From positions 83,595-147,594 of IMG/VR virus record IMGVR_UViG_3300010282_000004: a DNA stretch of 64,000 nt, one strand, 5' to 3'. This document shows, piece by piece, positions 58,888 to 64,000 of the stretch. Position 1 is the stretch's first letter. The number at the start of each line of letters is the position of its first letter. Both the position numbers and the translations under genes were made by a program. The notes beneath the pieces were generated by a model. That model was not told the DNA's origin. It worked only from the letters and a program-made list of their open reading frames with translations, and made no database searches. The stretch comes from a virus. Taxonomy: Duplodnaviria > Caudoviricetes.

Positions 58888-59117
58888 TAGCGAATTTCTG
58901 TGTTCATTAACATAAGATACAAGCCTACAGGAAACAAAAATACTGTTGCGGTGATATCACCATCAAGCAATACTGGACATGCAATTCCAATCAAAGCCAA
59001 TGCAGCTCCCATAATTTTCTGCTTAAGAATAACCATTTTCCTTCTTCTCATCTCACGCACTCTCCTTTCCCTATTCAACTGCCACATATCTTCATCAACA
59101 AGTGTTACTTTGCTCAT
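58887..59117 (-). CDS. small membrane protein
   Basis: KQKIMG...DGDITA; two TM segments. Confidence 0.65.
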   Translation of the reverse strand: MSKVTLVDEDMWQLNRERRVREMRRRKMVILKQKIMGAALALIGIACPVLLDGDITATVFLFPVGLYLMLMNTEIR

Positions 59118-59118
59118 A

Positions 59119-59415
59119 TTAGCAAGCCTCCTTTCTGATTGTGATGAGAACTCGCAAAATATCATTCTCCGTTTTGCAAGCATCAATCATCTTCTGCGCC
59201 TTATCTACGAGTGACAACTGGTCAGAATACAACTGACTCACTACTTCCTTTGCCTCATCCCATGGTGTTTTCTGTGTTTCTTCGTTATGCATTTCAATAC
59301 CTCCATTTCTCTTCTCTGCGATTGCATGCAGCTCTTTGATTGTTGTAATCATATTGCGGTTAATTTCTTCTACAACTTCCTTTGCTACCAAAAGGTTCTG
59401 TTCACTTAATCCCAT
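59119..59415 (-). CDS. hypothetical protein
   Basis: MGLSEQ after GAGG. Confidence 0.65.
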   Translation of the reverse strand: MGLSEQNLLVAKEVVEEINRNMITTIKELHAIAEKRNGGIEMHNEETQKTPWDEAKEVVSQLYSDQLSLVDKAQKMIDACKTENDILRVLITIRKEAC

Positions 59416-59437
59416 AGTGTTTACCTCGCTTTCCACT

Positions 59438-59473
59438 AAAAAAAGGACATCCACTGTATAAGTGAATGCCCTT
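59438..59473 (-). terminator. intrinsic terminator
   Basis: AAGGGCATTCACT/AGTGGATGTCCTT plus T tract. Confidence 0.75.
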
Positions 59474-59496
59474 ATCATTGGTTCCATATTCAGTTG

Positions 59497-59799
59497 TCAA
59501 TCTTCATACCCACAGTAACGAACATCTCGAACCGTGTCATCCTCGATGTTGTCTGTTCCGTTGTCATCCATGGTCATTGCCATGATGTCTCCAACCATCC
59601 AGTCTTCGATACCAGTAAACGACCACATATTTCCGTTGAAGTCCTCTGCAACAAAGCAATCTGCAGACTCATCAACATATGTGATTGTTGCACACAACGG
59701 ATATGTTGTATGCTTTTTAGGTACCGTTACAAGTGTAACAGTGAACATTACAAAGATTGCAACAACCACGAATGCCCACAACTTATCTCTGAGTTCCAT
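59497..59799 (-). CDS. membrane-anchored small protein
   Basis: TM helix then DFNGNMWSF...MDDNGT...DD...RY. Confidence 0.7.
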   Translation of the reverse strand: MELRDKLWAFVVVAIFVMFTVTLVTVPKKHTTYPLCATITYVDESADCFVAEDFNGNMWSFTGIEDWMVGDIMAMTMDDNGTDNIEDDTVRDVRYCGYED

Positions 59800-60025
59800 A
59801 TGCCAATCTCCTCCTTTCCATGTACTCCTTATTTCCTTTTGCTTCATATTTTTCCTTAAGGTATTCATATGACCTCAAGGCATAATTGTAATCTGTGTTC
59901 TGTGATGATGCATGTCCTCTATTTCCGTCAGATACATATACACAATAGGCTCCATTACTATATGTAAGTGAAATCCTGTATGTGTTGTGGCCAATCCATG
60001 ACCACTTATATTCTTGCATTTGCAT
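59783..60025 (-). CDS. hypothetical protein
   Basis: MQMQEY after GGAGG. Confidence 0.6.
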   Translation of the reverse strand: MQMQEYKWSWIGHNTYRISLTYSNGAYCVYVSDGNRGHASSQNTDYNYALRSYEYLKEKYEAKGNKEYMERRRLAYGTQR

Positions 60026-60026
60026 T

Positions 60027-60254
60027 TTAGTTACCTCCATTTCCATTTCCGTTTGCTACTGCATCTACGATTGCATAGATTGTTAACAGTTCCGTTGCAT
60101 TGTTAATAGCTTCGATTATTTCTTTTGCGTTTCCGTTTCCCTTTGCCAACAAAAGAGATACGAATGAATATCCGTATTTCTCTTTCGAGTACAAATTTGC
60201 CTTTTCCATTTCCGTTTGCCTCCTTATAGGTTTTGATTTCCGTTTCTGTTGCAT
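60027..60254 (-). CDS. hypothetical protein within a hexamer-repeat tract
   Basis: GNGN repeats; start uncertain. Confidence 0.45.
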   Translation of the reverse strand: MQQKRKSKPIRRQTEMEKANLYSKEKYGYSFVSLLLAKGNGNAKEIIEAINNATELLTIYAIVDAVANGNGNGGN

Positions 60255-60330
60255 TTGCCTTACTAGGTAAATATGAATTTGATTTCCGTTTCCGTTTCCG
60301 TTCCATATTTACCTAGATATTGATTTCCCT

Positions 60331-60639
60331 TCATTCCATGAACAATTTTACAATCTTATTTCCGATTGCTTCGTTTCCATTTGTCTTGTGTAATTTTTCT
60401 ATCTTAGAAAGAATTGCCCAAGACAGGAATGTTAACGTACTGTAGTTTTCTACAGTTACAGTTTCTGTTTTCTCATCAACTCGAACAACTACATTTTCGT
60501 TTCCGTTATACTCAACTGTCGTATTGGAATTTGGAACGTATTTATTGATATTAGTTGTCATGTAGTTACAATAGTGATTAACAACTCTAGGTCTTAACCC
60601 ATACTTCATTGTTGTCACACCCATAACTACCATCATCAC
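60331..60639 (-). CDS. hypothetical protein
   Basis: 102-aa ORF. Confidence 0.55.
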   Translation of the reverse strand: MMMVVMGVTTMKYGLRPRVVNHYCNYMTTNINKYVPNSNTTVEYNGNENVVVRVDEKTETVTVENYSTLTFLSWAILSKIEKLHKTNGNEAIGNKIVKLFME

Positions 60640-60722
60640 TCATTAGGTAGTTGACATGGTTGAGGAACTACTGTACTCTAGTAGTGAGTCCCCTCGATGT
60701 TGTTAATAGTTACTAGTGATTG

Positions 60723-60905
60723 TTATTCACAACAACCACTGATTGAGTAGCCAGCATCGACTAACTCACGAGTGGTGTCGTGGTAGTCATCTTCATCACA
60801 CTGAGCTACCACTACACCATCACACCAAAACAAGTACTTAGTATATACTGGATTGGTGTCACGCATGCTCTCAACAGATATTCTTCTCGAATACCCCATT
60901 GGCAC
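60723..60905 (-). CDS. hypothetical protein
   Basis: ORF after GGAGG. Confidence 0.55.
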   Translation of the reverse strand: MPMGYSRRISVESMRDTNPVYTKYLFWCDGVVVAQCDEDDYHDTTRELVDAGYSISGCCE

Positions 60906-61009
60906 ACCTCCTTCCTATGCACCTATTGAGTACTTATGGCACATAAAAAGGGACACGACCAAATCTATACGAAATGGTCATGCCCCATGTTTATATGTCA
61001 TAATGGAGA

Positions 61010-61858
61010 TTAAGCGTTCATCTGACGTTCTTCCTCATTGTCAAAGAAGATGACGTAGGCTTTCTCATGACTGATGTAACCATCAGGCTCTTCGATTGCT
61101 ACATCTCTGAGTTCATAGTCACAACGACCATTCTCAGATTCTTCAATAATAGATTTTGCCACATCAACTTTATATGCAAACTGTACAGTCTTGCCGATGT
61201 ATAATTTCTCAGCAAGATCCTTGGAGAATACTGCCGTATAGTCAGACATCTCCTCATGGCAATATCTCTCCTCGAATACATAGCCAAGGCTGAGTTTGTC
61301 ACTAATATCCTTAATACAGTTGATGACTTCCTCGGAATTGGAGTAAATTGCTCCTCGTCCATAATTCTGAACGTCACAGATAGTGTCTATAACTTCATCC
61401 CACAAATCCCGGCACTCCTCAAGATTACGAGAGAATTCGTACTCATAACGGTACGGATTGTCACTGTTGCCATGCTCAAACTCAACCTCAAGAGTTGCAC
61501 TGTCGCCATGCCCTATGACATAAAATGTAGTGTCCTTGAGATTCGGAATCTCAATCATGATTGTTCCAATAGCATCACCGAGATGACCGTCCTTAGATCT
61601 AGTATGAAAGTAATAGATTGGCTGGTCTTTCATAATATCTAAACGGCAGATAAAGTCGTTTGAATCTGAAGGTAAGAACCACTGAAGTCGGCTACCCCAC
61701 TCATATTCAGTGATACTTGGATGAGCATTAGGCTCAACAATCTGATCAAAGACAAATAAGAAATTGCCACCGCTGAGTCTTGATGCCTTGGTTACGAATT
61801 CAACAAAGTTTGTGGATTCGGACTTGTTAACAGTTGCGATTTTTGATTCTTTTTTTAT
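61010..61858 (-). CDS. hypothetical protein, probably starting at a non-canonical ATA
   Basis: frame stays open 75 codons above the ATG at 61633, up to an ATA preceded by AGGAG. Confidence 0.65.
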   Translation of the reverse strand: MKKESKIATVNKSESTNFVEFVTKASRLSGGNFLFVFDQIVEPNAHPSITEYEWGSRLQWFLPSDSNDFICRLDIMKDQPIYYFHTRSKDGHLGDAIGTIMIEIPNLKDTTFYVIGHGDSATLEVEFEHGNSDNPYRYEYEFSRNLEECRDLWDEVIDTICDVQNYGRGAIYSNSEEVINCIKDISDKLSLGYVFEERYCHEEMSDYTAVFSKDLAEKLYIGKTVQFAYKVDVAKSIIEESENGRCDYELRDVAIEEPDGYISHEKAYVIFFDNEEERQMNA

Positions 61859-61899
61859 AGAATTCTCCTATTCTCCACCGTTAGCCGTGGTCGCTGAAA

Positions 61900-62166
61900 T
61901 TAAAATTTAATTTTTTTAACTGATACATATTCATTTCTACTAGCGTAATCCTTATTAGAGTAGTGAGCGATAATCTCCTCCGGTGAAAACTTAAGACCGT
62001 TGTCAGTCCATGTTCTACGACTTGATTCATAGATTTTACCATTGCATGAGACAACAGTGTTAGCACTGTACTCCCATGAATGGTTCACATAATCAAAATT
62101 GAAAGTGATTAATATCACTCTCTTAAATCCATTCATTGGGTTGAAGAATGTTATTTTATACTTCAT
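61900..62166 (-). CDS. hypothetical protein
   Basis: AAGGAGG RBS. Confidence 0.7.
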   Translation of the reverse strand: MKYKITFFNPMNGFKRVILITFNFDYVNHSWEYSANTVVSCNGKIYESSRRTWTDNGLKFSPEEIIAHYSNKDYASRNEYVSVKKIKF

Positions 62167-62204
62167 ATTATTCCTCCTTGTAATATATAGGTGTTAACAG
62201 TTAC

Positions 62205-63358
62205 ACAAAGTATTCTGTCGTAGCATAGTCACTACCTTTGTGACCTATCCAACAGATACTTCGAAAGGGTGTGTTGGGAGTCGAACCCAAGAACATTGGT
62301 TCTTTATCCAGCCAATGTATCCGCAAAGCTCCAAATGACAAATGAGCCATTCTTCACAATCAACACCCATCTTTCGAGTAGCCATCACTAATGGTGGTAT
62401 CCCACGACTACTCTAGCCAACCGTCTGTATGTTCTACTATGTATGTAGTAGTCTTGCTAGTAAGCAAGTTTCAAGAGATACACACTACCTCTTGTGGCAT
62501 GGGGTCAACAATCTAGCGGATGGCTAATTATCCATACCAAACTGTGGCACTACTCACAGTCAGTTCTTAGGAGCTTTTCACAAGCAATCCCTGTCTGCGA
62601 CTTGGTCGTTGCTTGCTCTAACTGGGCTTTTACCACTAAGTAACATGTTGTCGATTCACATCGGAACTGTTACTATCATTGTGCTACTGCTCACACCCAG
62701 ACCTTGTACCCTTCGTCTCTTCCTCCACGGAACGGCTAACCGATTATCAGGCTCTACGGTTATCATGGTGACGTTGTCGTAACTGCGGTTATCCCAGAGA
62801 AGTTTTGTTGGTAGAGTATGAATACCAACACTTGCTCTGTCGTCCCACATAGAAGTGTCTGTCACCCACTTCGTTACGTCCTCGACCATTGGGGAACCCA
62901 TATGTAATTGTCAACCATTACTAGATAGTCTTACACAGAGTTGACTAGACTCTGATGCTACTTTCATGGCGAATACCTTCAGTCAAGGTACTCTAGGAAC
63001 GTTGATACTACTGTTATTCATATCAACGTTTGTTGGGTAGTTTGGTATTTGACCCAACTGATACACATCTAGTCTGTGACTAGGAAAGCATCCCCTCAAA
63101 AACTGACTACCGTAAGATATATACCCGGAAACCTCTGTAGTCGGCTTTTGAGATGACGCTTTGATATATGAAATTTTTATAAATCATAGAGTATATATAA
63201 GAGCGTAAGATGGATAACTCTATGAAATTTATGGTGATTGGTTGTAGGGTAGATAGTGTGGAGAGCCTGTGTAGATTACACATCCACTATCTACGACCGA
63301 TATGTGGCTCTCACCCTACTCGGTCTGTGAAGTACAAAACTTGAAAAGTCGACTTCAC
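62205..63358 (-). ncRNA. putative large structured non-coding RNA / leader (~1.15 kb)
   Basis: GC-richer, no credible CDS, more than a dozen consecutive inverted repeats, embedded tRNA-like T-arm; strand inferred from context. Confidence 0.6.
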
Positions 63359-63367
63359 CTTTGGGCA

Positions 63368-63404
63368 TAAAAAAAAGCCGTTCACACGTCTGTGAACGGC
63401 TTTT
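63368..63404 (-). terminator. strong intrinsic terminator
   Basis: AAAAGCCGTTCACA/TGTGAACGGCTTTT followed by a T tract and ATGCCC. Confidence 0.8.
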
Positions 63405-63430
63405 CAATCAATATTCAGTTGTATCGGCTA

Positions 63431-63694
63431 TTACTTCTTGAAGCCAGCCTTGATGTCTTCAACGAACATCTTGCCATACTCCATTGTTCTTTCGCCAGCC
63501 ATAATCTTATAGATGACAGGACGTACGGCCTTCAAAGGTCTTCCATTCTGACACAGGGCATCAAGCTCCTTAGCAATAGAGAGATACTTCTCTCTATCGA
63601 AGGTGTCCTTCTTAGGAGTTTCAGCAGGAATCTCAATTCCTAACTGCTTTGCCAATGCCACCAAAATGATTTTTTCTTCCTTAGTCATACTCAT
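63431..63694 (-). CDS. small basic protein, first gene of the early region
   Basis: MSMTKEEK after GGAGG. Confidence 0.7.
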   Translation of the reverse strand: MSMTKEEKIILVALAKQLGIEIPAETPKKDTFDREKYLSIAKELDALCQNGRPLKAVRPVIYKIMAGERTMEYGKMFVEDIKAGFKK

Positions 63695-63764
63695 TACCTC
63701 CAAAAGTATAATATTTTTTTTATTTTTTTACTTCAATAAATCGTCATCTATTGAAGTTGAGTCC

Positions 63765-63792
63765 ATCATAACACTATCTTAAAAGTTGTCCA
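63765..63792 (-). promoter_or_regulatory. sigmaA-type promoter of the early region
   Basis: TGGACA-N16-TATGAT with extended -10 TG. Confidence 0.55.
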
Positions 63793-64000
63793 TTTTTCAC
63801 AAAATTTACATTTTGCGAAATTTTAAGTGGGTGGGGGTAGACAAAACTAGCGGTTTGACCGCTTTTTTCCTGCGTCCCCTGGGCAGATTCACCCACACAC
63901 CACGAGAAAAATCTACCCCAACTCAAGCCAAACTAAAATGTCGCAAAATATGTTTTTAAATCATCACACTCATCACAAACATCACAACACCCAACCCAAC

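Larger units (their letters stand above)
41432..63422 (-). repeat. dispersed polar 17-bp motif ACAACTGAATATGGAAC (10 copies)
   Basis: 41432-41448, 41978-41994 (degenerate), 43303-43319, 44287-44303, 47772-47788, 48840-48856, 50414-50430, 52656-52672, 59481-59497, 63406-63422. Confidence 0.9.

Noticed and set aside
61702-61711. Eleventh copy of the 17-bp motif (CATATTCAGT)
   Set aside because: Only a 10-bp match, inside a reading frame, with no downstream hairpin; may be chance
62267-62368. Canonical tRNA gene
   Set aside because: No recognisable D-arm or 7-nt anticodon loop and no CCA; reported as tRNA-like only
62656-62901. 81-aa ORF inside the structured region
   Set aside because: No SD sequence, atypical composition, overlaps multiple hairpins
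41432-63422. CRISPR array from the 17-bp repeats
   Set aside because: Copies are 0.5-7 kb apart with whole genes between them; no spacer periodicity and no cas genes
1737-63643. Numerous short plus-strand ORFs in the track
   Set aside because: Antisense shadows of minus-strand genes without RBS; only the repressor, the HTH regulator and the IS3 ORFs are accepted on the plus strand

Overview
AT-rich 64-kb segment of a large SPbeta-like temperate phage or prophage. The host is probably a Lachnospiraceae/Clostridia-type Firmicute (inferred from RBS style and gene content). Almost all genes run on the minus strand and no virion genes are present. Left (1-19.5 kb): a radical SAM/SPASM enzyme coupled to three proteins sharing an N-terminal MK(I/V)R(T/N)DFVTNSSSSSFII motif, a small structured RNA, and a complete replication module (RecD2, DnaE, RecJ, primase, DnaB, AAA ATPase, SSB-like). 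Middle (19.5-38 kb): a group I intron/TnpB IStron whose removal restores a 74-aa ORF, a second TnpB-only IS605-family element, an array of small modular genes, DUF262, a sigma factor, an Xre repressor switch with operators and a LexA box, a tyrosine recombinase and an IS3-family element. Right (38-64 kb): a long early/host-takeover-type region with GP88-like, DUF932, PRTase-like, AcrIC5-like, orphan HicA-like, DUF5688, a Zn peptidase and two paralogous Cys/His enzymes. This region carries a polar 17-bp motif placed just upstream of terminator hairpins and begins with a ~1.15-kb hairpin-dense non-coding region whose loops repeat GUAG. Best candidates for undescribed systems: (1) the rSAM/SPASM plus TNSSSSS-protein module; (2) the large leader RNA plus 17-bp motif plus terminators, possibly a processive antitermination or RNA-decoy system. 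All family assignments come from motif recognition by eye, not database searches.
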